This document shows positions 38,301 to 51,200 of a DNA stretch of 64,000 bases, one piece after another. The notes beneath the pieces are model-generated. The model saw only the letters and a program-made list of their open reading frames with translations, did no database searches and had not been told where the DNA came from. Origin of the DNA: Macrostomum lignano. Its lineage: Eukaryota. The first letter of the stretch is position 1, and every line of letters starts with the position of its first letter. The stretch spans positions 248,001-312,000 of the forward strand of contig NIVC01000208.1 of assembly GCA_002269645.1 (NCBI GenBank), in the 5' to 3' direction. The translations under genes were made by a program, and so were the position numbers.

Positions 38301-40137
38301 GGTTTTCTATTATTCTATAATGACTGAGTCGGTTGCAAGACTTGGCTTATATTTTAAACCAGACTCCTGGGAGAGTCGGGGGGAGGAACACCGTCTATTT
38401 ATAATCATGCGAAGGTTGGGAATGGGGTAGATCATTAAAACAACGGGTGATTAAAACAAAAAGGTGCTCGCATTCAAACAAAACTATTACAACTTTAAAT
38501 AAATTAACTTTGTTACGGCGGCACTTCAAAATAGGGCCTGCCTCATGTGTAAAAATACGTCAGTTTTTCGGTCAAAGTTTATAAGAAATTGGGCTTATAA
38601 ATAATCTTTGAGAAAAAAATCATCAATATAAGTTGCAGCGATCCGCGCACAACATTAAGCATAAGAAACTAATGTGTAAATTAGTAACTAAATTCCATAA
38701 TGGCGGGCTATGTATGTTTCCTGTAAATAAAAAGCTTCTTCGTTCAAATGTACGTAAATACAGGTTCAGTCATGCTCAAAACTTTTAGACCGATTTTTGC
38801 ATACATAATTTGTTCGTGACTGAAGGCAAGAAACCTTATTGAATCAATGTGTCACGTTTAGAATCAAGCAACTGATAATTAAGACTGTGGAAACTTAAAA
38901 ATAGAAGCATATTGTAACAAAGCTTTAATATAAAATAGCGAATTATGAAGATAAACGAAGTACCGGCACCCACTTTGCTTATTATCGAATAATTTTTAAA
39001 CTTGTAATTAGTAAAATAAAACATAAGATTTTTTTAAAGTACAGGGGTTACTTTGTTTTTAAATCAGCTTGTTTTTTTTTAAATTTATAATGTTTTACGC
39101 ATTGTGGCGCCTAATTTAAGGCACTTTAATCTGGTAATTTTACATTCTACACTTCTAACGCGCAGTTAAAGACTTTTCTCATTCTAATTAATTGCATGAA
39201 ATGAAAATAAAAGCAAAAAATAGTATCTTAAACATTACGCTCGTATATTTGCATCAAAATATGATGACTGGGTAAAGTACATGGTATTAAAATTTGCCAT
39301 CGTGTAAAAAATATTCCGTTTGTTGTTTTATTGTTGTGTCGTAAAATTTGACGGGTCAGTTTAATGATAATATTGTTACGCTGATATTTTTACTATAAGT
39401 ATGGTATAGCGTAAATGCTAACTATATTAATATTATTCTTGTCTTTTACTTATACTGCCACTTTCAGTAGTGTAGTTGATAAATTATCTGTATAATGTAT
39501 TATTGATCACGTGACATCTCTGGCTCTTAATTTACCAATCGTGTAGGTTTTCTGAGGGGACTAAAATATAAACAAAGCAACTGTGCGCACCTACAACTAC
39601 AACTGGAAACATCAAGTCTTGGCTACACAACATTTATCATGGACGTCTAACACGGACTTTTGGTGGAGAAAAGGCTTAAACTGACAAAAAATGCTGGTAT
39701 TTTCTCGATTTGCAATTCAGAAGTCTAGAAAGGTGAAATATCTTCTAGCTTGTATAACAAGTTTAAGTTCTGCATCCTGAGTTTTTTAGTATTCCTTGGT
39801 TTAACGTCCTGATCAAGTGATTAAATTCTCATAACGTAGCATTTTGCAGTCTAGTTTGAACAGCGGGCATTCGATTTAGACGCTTGTGAAACTTCGTTAA
39901 AAAGCAAAAGCAGTCTTATGGTCATAGACAAAGTTGCAGATTAAAGTCCAGTTAGACATGGGGTACAATGTCAACTAATATGCTATAGTTGGCATATAGT
40001 TTGAATTTGTTAAAATTAACCCTTAAAATATGTTCTATCGGTGTTCAGCAATATCTGTTGTGGTGCGACGAGTACTAGCTAATTTGACGAAATTTAACAG
40101 GCAAAATAGGAAGATTATAGCCAAGCTTTTGAAAAAG

Positions 40138-40910
40138 TGTTGGGCTGCGCCCTTCTGGTGCTGGTGCACCTTGCCCTTCAGTTGCCCTTGTTTTTGTTTT
40201 CGTGCCGCCCCGCCCCGTCCCCCGTCTGTGCGCCCGGGCCAGGGTTTGTGAGAGGCGTAGGCCTTTTCTGCACCCAGCCCCTGTCCAATTCTTGTCCAAT
40301 CTGGGTGCTTGTCCTACCCCTCCCTCTTTGCCCCGCCTCACCCTGGGGCTGCTTGCATTGGCTGGCTGGCTGATAAGCCGCCTGGGCTTCAGGGTTTGGC
40401 TCGCCCCTCTCTTTTCGGCCCCCTCCCCCTTTTGTGTGCAATCTTATTTAACTTCCCGCCCTGGGCGTTCTGCGCCCCACGTTTGTTCTTTTTCTTTGGT
40501 GTCATCTGCATTAAATTCATTCGCGCGCCTGTTTCTTTCCTGTTTCCGGCCTACGGCCTTTCGGTTGATTCGTTCGTTAGCTTCGGTATTCGCTGGTTAT
40601 CTGCTTTGCTCAACGTATACTGAGTCTCGCCAATAAACACTTCGTCAGTCAAACTAATGAGTCTAAGAACGCGGAGGTGAGCTCGTGCTTCGTCCTTTGG
40701 GGTACCGCGAGGGGTCGGCTGTTGGACTAGGGACCTGGGGCGGCGAATTCTCGCTAATCCCAGGGTGGTCGGTCAGGCGAACTTTCGTCGAGTCGATCGA
40801 GGGACGCGTAGGCGTAGCGTAGGCGTAGCCGGGGTAGAGGGCTGGGACTGGGGTGTCTCTGGTGGGAGGACCCGTACCCTGACCCGTCCAGACGGATCTC
40901 TGCCAGCAAC
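40138..40910 (+). mobile_element. Possible solo LTR
   Basis: GC-rich island starting TGTTGGG, TATTTAA near 40445, AATAAA at ~40632; no TSD identified. Confidence 0.4.
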
Positions 40911-41843
40911 TACTGCATGGAATGAAAAAAAATTTAAACTGCTATTCTGTAGACTGAGCAATATTATGAAAATATTTTACTCAGATATTTTGTTTCAACA
41001 TCATATATATTGGGGTTGGGGAGGAGGAATGCTCAGCTATTGGGTGGGGGCTTTTAACTTTATACGGGTTGAATTCACGCAGTAAAGAACTGGTCTACGC
41101 TGGTCTTTGTCATCAATTTTTAATGAGGGGTCCTGCTGCAGAGTCAGTGGATGCAAGGCTGCTTCTGCTGACATACGGAGGGTAATCCGATTAATGAGCT
41201 GACGACAACTTGGAATGGGAAGGAAATGCTATTTTTAATAATATCATTATTGAATACTCGCGCCCATTTTATAGCGTATGATACTCTTTGAAAATTAGTA
41301 AATAGTTCGTAAGAGGCTTTGCTTCCTCATAGCGCTGGGCGGAAAGTTTCAAGCCAGATTTTTTAAAATTGGACTGGGGCTGTTATGGTGGATGCGGCAT
41401 CACTTTCCAGTTCAGATGCAGTTTTTAGTACAGTACGCTGAAGATATTCTAAGAGAAACTGAATTTCCGATTATATTCTAGTTTGAAGATGTATCATAGA
41501 CGACTATAAAGTAGAAAGAAGTATTGCAATTTATAATTTAAAAAAATTCAGTTATAATTTACAAAGTGGATTATATTTTCTTCACTAAAGATTGCCTGCA
41601 TTGTAAAAAAAGTCATTTTATTAACGTTATTGCCATGCTTTTTATAACAAATAAAAAATATAGTTAACTTTAACTGGGCCGAAAATTAAATTTTAAAATT
41701 TGTTAATTTAACAAGCACATAAACTTCGTATGCAAATTCAAAGTGTAGATAGCAAGGATATATTGTCTTATAGTAGCTGATGCTTGTCAAATCATGCTTT
41801 ATAGCGTCCTCAACATTAACTAATGTAATAACAGGGGTGGGTT

Positions 41844-42859
41844 TCACACAACTAGTCCGGGTGACAGTCCGAAAATTTCAACTTCGCAAAGAGTCAATGA
41901 GCCACTCGGCAGGCCAATTCGAACCCGGCTCCCGTACATGTAGCTTGCGCAGTTCACAGTAAGCGTTGAGAAGCTCTGGGTTCTGTCAACAGCCGCGCAC
42001 TCCACACCGTCAATGAGCACTGTAAATGTATTGAGCCTATGAGCACAACAGTCCTGCCTGTTGTACACCTTGACAGCCGAGATCTTGGACACCTGAGCCA
42101 GCTGCACCTCCCACCACGAGTTCGGTTCATTAACGGTGTGCGTGCAGGAATGCTGAGAAAAATGTTGAATCGAGTTTCCATCGATTGCGCGACTGCAGTC
42201 TGCACCGTAATCTGTTGAGCTCTGATTGCACGAGACAATGCGAATACCAGATTCTGAAATGTTTGGCGTGCCGCAGTGTCTGGGTAGTTTTCTCATCTTG
42301 CTACAAATATTTTTTTTCTTGATAAAGACGGTACTGAAGTATCGGGGGTGGGGATGAGGGGCACAGTAGCTTATTGGGGGATTTTCGAGCGATTCACAGC
42401 CATGTACGTAAAAAAACACAAAATTCTAGTAACCTTCTACAGATAAAGTCAACTGAATTTAGGATTTTTTGAGTCAAAAAATTATCCAGAAACTTTTATT
42501 ATGCAACTTTTTGACGACCACTTACCAACAGTCGGTGACAGAGTGTAGACGGCGGCAGGCTCAGAGCCGGCCACCCAGGTGTTGTTGTTGAAGTACGCCG
42601 ATGCGTTGAACATTCGACACACTGGCGAGCTCTTCAACATGTAGAAGCCGAAGCAGACTTCCAGCTTCAGCTTGCAGAGCATCGGGCACTGCATCCGGTT
42701 AGCAACGATGTTTTCATATGACTTGAAGTGCTCAGGCACAGTTGAGCTGTCTGCTTTGAGCAAAGAAAAAGTGCTCTTGCTGCGGCAGACACCCAGCACT
42801 TGAACAGTCGGCGCAACCAGTAAATATATCAGAATGGTCAGTGCGCTACAGCACTTCAT
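41844..42859 (-). CDS. Secreted PAN/apple-like plus F-type (fucolectin) lectin domain protein
   Basis: Signal peptide MKCCSALTILIYLLVAPTVQVLG; exons 42859-42526 and 42253-41844 (phase 1); SRAIDGN, SCTHT, WWEVQL, VYNRQDCCAHR and LTLCEVEIFG; exact H-x26-R-x-D-x4-R motif. Confidence 0.9.
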
Positions 42860-43266
42860 TGCTCAGCTTGGTGCTTGCTGACTCTCAAAATTTAGCTGTC
42901 CAAAGAGATTTGAGTTGACGGTTCCACGCTGATGAAATGTTTATATCAATAAGGGGAAGTTGATCTACCCTCACAGGCGCGTGTGTCGCCATGACAACCG
43001 CAGCCGCGGCCGCGTACAGTATTTTCCCAAGCCCTTTCCTGTCCCATCGATTGAATCTATTAGCTGTTGAGGCGTAGAACTGCACATTGATTCCAATATA
43101 AATTTTCAACAGGAAAAATATCGATAAAAACTATACCCGGTTTCTAAATATACTACTGCCCTAACTACCTTGAAGTAGGTAGTGCGATATGATAGAAATA
43201 ATTCATGAATTATAAGCTTTAAGGAAAACTTTATTTAAAAAAACAGTACTGGTCAAGACCAATAGG

Positions 43267-44109
43267 GTGCATAACAGAGGTGCATAACAGAGGTGCATAA
43301 CAGAGGTGCATAACAGTGACGTGCATAACAGTGAGGTGCATAACAGTGAGGTGCATAACAGTGACGTGCATAACAGAGGTGCATAACAGTGACGTGCATA
43401 ACAGTGAGGTGCATAACAGAGGTGCATAACAGTGAGGTGCATAACAGTGACGTGCATAACAGAGGTGCATAACAGTGACGTGCATAACAGTGAGGTGCAT
43501 AACAGAGGTGCATAACAGTGAGGTGCATAACAGTGACGTGCATAACAGTGACGTGCATAACAGTGACGTGCATAACAGTGACGTGCATAACAGTGAGGTG
43601 CATAACAGAGGTGCATAACAGTGAGGTTCATAACAGTGACGTGCATAACAGTGACGTGCATAACAGTGACGTGCATAACAGTGACGTGCATAACAGTGAC
43701 GTGCATAACAGTGACGTGCATAACAGAGGTGCATAACAGTGACGTGCATAACAGTGAGGTGCATAACAGAGGTGCATAACAGTGAGGTGCATAACAGTGA
43801 CGTGCATAACAGTGAGGTGCATAACAGTGAGGTGCATAACAGTGAGGTGCATAACAGTGAGGTGCATAACAGTGAGGTACATAACAGTGAGGTGCATAAC
43901 AGTGAGGTGCATAACAGTGAGGTGCATAACAGTGAGGTACATAACAGTGAGGTGCATAACAGTGAGGTGCATAACAGTGAGGTACATAACAGTGAGGTGC
44001 ATAACAGTGAGGTGCATAACAGTGAGGTGCATAACAGTGAGGTGCATAACAGAGGTGCATAACAGTGAGGTGCATAACAGTGAGGTTCATAACACTGATG
44101 TGCATAACA
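43267..44109. repeat. 13/15-bp minisatellite between the two lectin gene starts
   Basis: GTGCATAACAGTGA(G/C) and GTGCATAACAGAG units. Confidence 0.97.
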
Positions 44110-44345
44110 TTGAAATTGTAGAGGGTGGCTCTCGAATTCCACGGAATGTAGGAAGCCCTTTGCTCGGTTTCGCAGGAGGGCGCAGAGGATTATGAAGCAT
44201 CACCCAATCCCAGAGCTTGGATGCAGGGAACGGGGAGCTGATGGGTCAGCTGCCCATTCACCCCTACAAAAATGATTAAAACCATTTGGTTGATTATTTT
44301 TCTTCCAACAAAGCTGTATATCCAACGCCCAGCTACGAGTAAAAT

Positions 44346-45874
44346 ATGGCTTCGTTACGTGTGTTGAAAGTGCTGCTCGTCCTGATTATGGCTGCCTGTG
44401 AGGTAGATTGTGCTACCGATTTCGCCAAGTTCAACGAAATCGTTCTCAACAGCTCTCTGCTTCCAGCCAATTTCTTGTTTGAGTCTCCTGCTAGAAGCGA
44501 TGCTGACTGCGCCTTACAATGCTTGAGCCACGCACCGGACTGCTTCGGGTTTGCCTGGCTGCAAGGCCTGTGCCGTCTGTTCAACATGACGGAGCTGTAC
44601 ACTCGACAGACCTGGCAGGCCGCAGTCCAGCCGGTCGGCGTGTTCGGGAGAGGAATCGGTGAGTGTCGGGGGTGGCCTGCATGCGGGGCAGCTGATCGGC
44701 GTGTTCGGGAGAGGAATCGGTGAGTGTCGGGGGTGGCCCGCATGCGGGGCAGCTGATCGGCGTGTTTGGGAGAGGAATCGGTGTGTCGGGGGTGGCCTGC
44801 ATGCGGTGCAGCTGATCCGCGTGTTTGGGAGAAGAATCGGTGTGTCGGGGGTGGCCTGCATGCGGTGCAGCTGATCGGCGTGTTCGGGAGAGGAATCGGT
44901 GAGTGTCGGGGGTGGCCTGCATGCGGTGCAGCTGAGCAGTTCAACGGTAGAGACGTTTGACACTCGATTTGATTCCGTCTTGGGCTTAATTGTGTGCTCG
45001 AGGGGGGTTGTTCACAGCCATGAAGGCCAACACCGAAGGCACAGAGAGTGTCCATGCTGGACGATTAGAAAGCCAGGACAGCTGTACGGTACACCCTGTG
45101 TGAGCGTGTGCATGAGTTTGTACCTGCGTACAGTATATTGGCGCCCTTGTGTGTGCTCAGGGAGTCAGCGAAATGGGCAGAATTGCCTCATGGGGAGACG
45201 ATGTCGCCGAAGGTCCCGGATTTGTATCATGGATAAATAAGATTGAAGGACGCTAAACTTGCAGATATAGTGTGCAACTTTCAAATAGAGACCGCGGTCT
45301 GTCGCTACAGAATTCTTGGATCTCGATAGAAGGTTTTCAGTTCCCTTAGCACGCTATAAGTTGACAATGACTAACCCTCTGAACTTCCTGAGAAAACCTG
45401 AAGGATCAATAGCAGAAAACATGCAAGAAGCATTTTGAATAACTCATATCCACTAATAACGCCATCGATCTTGCAGAGGTTTCCAAGCTGCAGTTTACCG
45501 GCTGCAATCAGAGCACCGTATTTGGACAAGGCAACTGCTCCAAGGCCCTCGATGGCAACACTGATCAGAACCATATAAACCTCGGCGGTTCCTGCTCTCA
45601 CACTTACTCCGGAAACGCCTGGTGGGAGGCCCATCTGTCAAGCAAAAGTCTGATCTCTCACGTGACCATCTACAACAGGCAGGACTGCTGCGCTGACAGG
45701 TTTAACGAGTTCTCACTGCTGCTAGACGGCCTGGAGTGCAACCGAGTGAGCCTCACGGTGCCGTTCTCCGTGGCCAACTTCAGCTGCATGCGGGTTGGCA
45801 GCTCCGTTCGAATTGTCAATCAGAATGGTGGGGCCGTTCTGCTGTGCGAGTTCATGGCCTACGGTTTGGTGTGA
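44346..45874 (+). CDS. Secreted PAN/apple-like plus F-type lectin domain protein (paralog, divergent orientation)
   Basis: Signal peptide MASLRVLKVLLVLIMAACEVDC; exons 44346-44658 and 45477-45874 (phase 1); PARSDADCALQC..CFGF..C; SKALDGN, SCSHT, WWEAHL, IYNRQDCCADR and LLCEFMAYG. Confidence 0.9.
44637..44935 (+). repeat. 59-61-bp tandem repeat spanning the exon 1/intron 1 junction, 5 copies
   Basis: Units start at 44637, 44698, 44759, 44818 and 44877; GTGAGT at 44659, 44720 and 44899. Confidence 0.95.
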
Positions 45875-46714
45875 TTCTTTTATTAATCAGAGCGGGTTCT
45901 ATCTAACCAGGTAGCACTTTAAGAACCGGAATCGAGCCGAACTCAAGCGTGACAAAATTTAAAAACAGATTTTTGATTGAGAAGTTACTACCTGTACGAT
46001 ATTAAAACACTTATTTTAATTAATTGTTAAGATGCCTAAATTTAGTAATTCCTAATTTCATTAGATAATAATAAGCAGTGACAAATTTTTGTATCTAAAT
46101 TAATTGCTTATTTCTTAAAGTTTGTAATAATTTTGTTATAATGTCCCATAATTTTCGGCTTTAAAACATCTGTTTTAATCAGTTTTTCGTTATTTTAGTT
46201 ACTTGTTTTAATCCTCGGTTCTAATCGCTAGCTAGTTTTGCGTCAGATTAGATGTGTTTGTTATATTTTATTAGAACAAAATTTAAGTCCTTTTTCCTAG
46301 GAAAAAATAACATATTTTTCAATAATGCTGTAATTATTCAGATTAAAAGTCTCTTTAGCTTATATAACTATGTACCCAGACCGATGCACTTGATAACATT
46401 TTTTTCTCGAAGCTAATTTTATATTACCTAATTTTCATTGCTTCATGCTCTTATGAAAAATTTTCCTCTTGCTACTATGTTTAATGTTTTTAAAAATATT
46501 TTTCCAAAATACGATTGCAGCCACTTAATTATACGCAAAGAAGTTTGTTTAATAAAAAAATATACTAATCCTAAACCATTTTGTTTTATCGTTATGTGGC
46601 CGAAATCATTGGTGTGTTTTATTGAAATAAAAATCAAACTGCTCCTGCTCAACGAATGTTTCTGGTATGGTATCGTGGCATTATGGTTTCTAGTATCATT
46701 GTGCCTGGTATCAT

Positions 46715-47528
46715 TGATGTCTGGTATCATGGTGTCTGGTATCATTGATGTCTGGTATCATGGTGTCTGGTATCATGGTGTCTGGTATCATGGTGTCTGG
46801 TATCATGGTGTCTGGTATCATGGTGTCTGGTATCATTGATGTCTGGTATCATGGTGTCTGGTATCATGGTGTCTGGTATCATGGTGTCTGGTATCATTGA
46901 TGTCTGGTATCATGGTGTCTGGTATCATGGTGTCTGGTATCATGGTGTCTGGTATCATGGTGTCTGGTATCATGGTGTCTGGTATCATTGATGTCTGGTA
47001 TCATGGTGTCTGGTATCATGGTGTCTGGTATCATGGTGTCTGGTATCATGGTGTCTGGTATCATGGTGTCTGGTATCATGGTGTCTGGTATCATGGTGTC
47101 TGGTATCATGGTGTCTGGTATCATGGTGTCTGGTATCATGGTGTCTGGTATCATGGTGTCTGGTATCATGGTGTCTGGTATCATGGTGTCTGGTATCATG
47201 GTGTCTGGTATCATGGTGTCTGGTATCATGGTGTCTGGTATCATGGTGTCTGGTATCATGGTGTCTGGTATCATGGTGTCTGGTATCATGGTGTCTGGTA
47301 TCATGGTGTCTGGTATCATGGTGTCTGGTATCATGGTGTCTGGTATCATGGTGTCTGGTATCATGGTGTCTGGTATCATGGTGTCTGGTATCATGGTGTC
47401 TGGTATCATGGTGTCTGGTATCATGGTGTCTGGTATCATGGTGTCTGGTATCATGGTGTCTGGTATCATGGTGTCTGGTATCATGGTGTCTGGTATCATG
47501 GTGTCTGGTATCATGGTGTCTGGTATCA
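46715..47528. repeat. 15-bp minisatellite, nearly perfect
   Basis: TGGTATCATGGTGTC, with occasional 16-bp TGGTATCATTGATGTC units at the left end. Confidence 0.98.
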
Positions 47529-48294
47529 ATCAAGGTGTGTCTGGAAATCTACGTCAAAACTAAGCCATATTGATTTGAGATTTGAAAACAATGCCGTTTG
47601 AGATAGTATACTCGTTGTTGAGCCCATTTGCAAGATACATCCTCATTGCATCATCCTCAAAGCTAGTCAAAAAGACGCAACAAAGTCAGATCCCTGAGGG
47701 TGGCCATCGTTTCCATGGCAACGCGGGGAAGGATGAAGGGAAGGGAGGGAGGGCAGATAACAGCTTAAGTGCCAAAACCTCTAAAAACCAACTGCCCCAT
47801 CACCCCAGCAGCTGTCAACTGGTAACCTCGCGCAAGCGGCCATCATAAACCAATTAACTATGAGCAGCGTTTAAAAGAATTCAATTCCACTCTCTCTGAC
47901 TTCAGGGGGTCGTTGATAAAACCCACCCTCATGCAGCTAGCAGTAAAAAATTGCAATTAGTTAAAACCTTTATTGATTTGGCAGTGAGGACACCAACCCC
48001 ACCAACCTCTGGACTGCAGCTCGCAAGCATTCAGAAGTTATCCCGAAGGTATTTCCACACAGTGAGCTACGAGTACATGACATGCCATACTCCAGCCTTG
48101 TGTTATGCCATTTTTGATCAACTCCTAATACAAGAATTCAAGTTTTTAGCGTGTAAACTTGTATGAGTGATATTACTTTATAAAAGAATACGTAGAAAAA
48201 GCAAAAAGTCTGTCAGACTCCATATTGAGACACGTACCATATAAGCTTCATATACCAGATACATACCAAGCACCAGACATCAAATATATTACTC

Positions 48295-51200
48295 AGACAT
48301 CAGACATCAGACGCCAGACATCAGAAATCGAGAAATGAGACACCAGATATCAGACACCAGACATCAGACACAAGACATCAGACATCAGACACCAGAGATC
48401 AGATATCACTCAGATATCAGACACAAGACATCAGGCACCAGAGATCAGATATCACCCAGACATCAGACACAAGACATCAGACACCAGAGATCAGATATCA
48501 CTCAGATATCAGACACAAGACATCAGGCACCAGAGATCAGATATCACTCAGATATCAGACACAAGACATCAGACACCAGAGATCAGATATCACTCAGATA
48601 TCAGACACAAGACATCAGACACCAGAGATCAGATATCACTCAGATATCAGACACAAGACATCAGGCACCAGAGATCAGATATCACTCAGATATCAGACAC
48701 AAGACATCAGGCACCAGAGATCAGATATCACTCAGATATCAGACACAAGACATCAGGCACCAGAGATCAGATATCACTCAGATATCAGACACAAGACATC
48801 ACGCACCAGAGATCAGATATCACTCAGATATCAGACACAAGACATCACGCACCAGAGATCAGATATCACTCAGATATCAGACACAAGACATCACGCACCA
48901 GAGATCAGATATCACTCAGATATCAGACACAAGACATCAGGCACCAGAGATCAGATATCACTCAGATATCAGACACAAGACATCAGACACCAGAGATCAG
49001 ATATCACTCAGATATCAGACACAAGACATCAGACACCAGAGATCAGATATCACTCAGATATCAGACACCAGACATCAGGCATCAGAGATCAGATATCACT
49101 CAGATATCAGACACAAGACATCAGGCATCAGAGATCAGATATCACTCAGATATCAGACACAAGACATCACGCACCAGAGATCAGATATCACTCAGATATC
49201 AGACACAAGACATCAGGCACTAGAGATCAGATATCGCTCAGATATCAGACACAAGACATCAGGCACCAGAGATCAGATATCACTCAGATATCAGACACAA
49301 GACATCAGGCATTAGAGATCAGATATCACTCAGATATCAGACACCAGACATCAGGCACCAGAGATCAGATATCACTCAGATATCAGACACAAGACATCAG
49401 ACACCAGAGATCAGATATCACTCAGATATCAGACACAAGACATCAGGCACCAGAGATCAGATATCACTCAGATATCAGACACAAGACATCACGCACCAGA
49501 GATCAGATATCACTCAGATATCAGACACAAGACATCACGCACCAGAGATCAGATATCACTCAGATATCAGACACAAGACATCAGGCACCAGAGATCAGAT
49601 ATCACTCAGATATCAGACACAAGACATCAGGCACCAGAGATCAGATATCACTCAGATATCAGACACAAGACATCACGCACCAGAGATCAGATATCACTCA
49701 GATATCAGACACAAGACATCAGGCACTAGAGATCAGATATCGCTCAGATATCAGACACAAGACATCAGACACCAGAGATCAGATATCACTCAGATATCAG
49801 ACACAAGACATCACGCACCAGAGATCAGATATCACTCAGATATCAGACATCAGACACCAGAGATCAGGTATCATTCAGATATCAGACACCAGACATCAGA
49901 CACAAGACATCAGACATCAGACACCAGAGATCAGATATCACTCAGATATCAGACACCAGACATCAGACTTTAGACACCAGACATCAGACACAAGACATCA
50001 GACATCAGGCACCAGAGATCAGATATCACCCAGACATCAGACACAAGACATCAGACATCAGGCACTAGAGATCAGATATCACCCAGACATCAGACACAAG
50101 ACATCAGGCACCAGAGATCAGATATCACCCAGACATCAGACACAAGACATCAGGCACCAGAGATCAGATATCACTCAGATATCAGACACAAGACATCAGA
50201 CACCAGAGATCAGATATCACTCAGATATCAGACACAAGACATCAGGCACTAGAGATCAGATATCACTCAGATATCAGACACAAGACATCAGGCATCAGAG
50301 ATCAGATATCACTCAGATATCAGACACAAGACATCAGGCATCAGAGATCAGATATCACTCAGATATCAGACACAAGACATCAGGCATCAGAGATCAGATA
50401 TCACTCAGATATCAGACACAAGACATCAGGCACCAGAGATCAGATATCACTCAGATATCAGACACAAGACATCAGGCACCAGAGATCAGATATCACTCAG
50501 ATATCAGACACAAGACATCAGGCACCAGAGATCAGATATCACTCAGATATCAGACACAAGACATCACGCACCAGAGATCAGATATCACTCAGATATCAGA
50601 CACAAGACATCAGGCACCAGAGATCAGATATCACTCAGATATCAGACACAAGACATCAGGCACCAGAGATCAGATATCACTCAGATATCAGACACAAGAC
50701 ATCAGGCACCAGAGATCAGATATCACTCAGATATCAGACACAAGACATCAGGCACCAGAGATCAGATATCACTCAGATATCAGACACAAGACATCAGACA
50801 CCAGAGATCAGATATCACTCAGATATCAGACACAAGACATCAGGCATCAGAGATCAGATATCACCCAGACATCAGACACAAGACATCAGACACCAGACAT
50901 CAGGCATCAGAGATCAGATATCACTCAGATATCAGACACAAGACATCAGGCATCAGAGATCAGATATCACTCAGATATCAGACACAAGACATCAGACACC
51001 AGACATCAGACATCAGACATCAGACACAAGACATCAGGCACCAGAGATCAGATATCGCTCAGATATCAGACACAAGACATCAGGCACCAGAGATCAGATA
51101 TCACTCAGATATCAGACACAAGACATCAGACACCAGAGATCAGATATCACTCAGATATCAGACACAAGACATCAGGCATTAGAGATCAGATATCACTCAG

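Noticed and set aside
43203-49315. Long repetitive ORFs (MHLCYAPHC..., MIPDT..., HGVWY..., RHQ...)
   Set aside because: They are translations of 15-bp and 46-bp tandem repeats open in several frames on both strands, with no splice or domain context.
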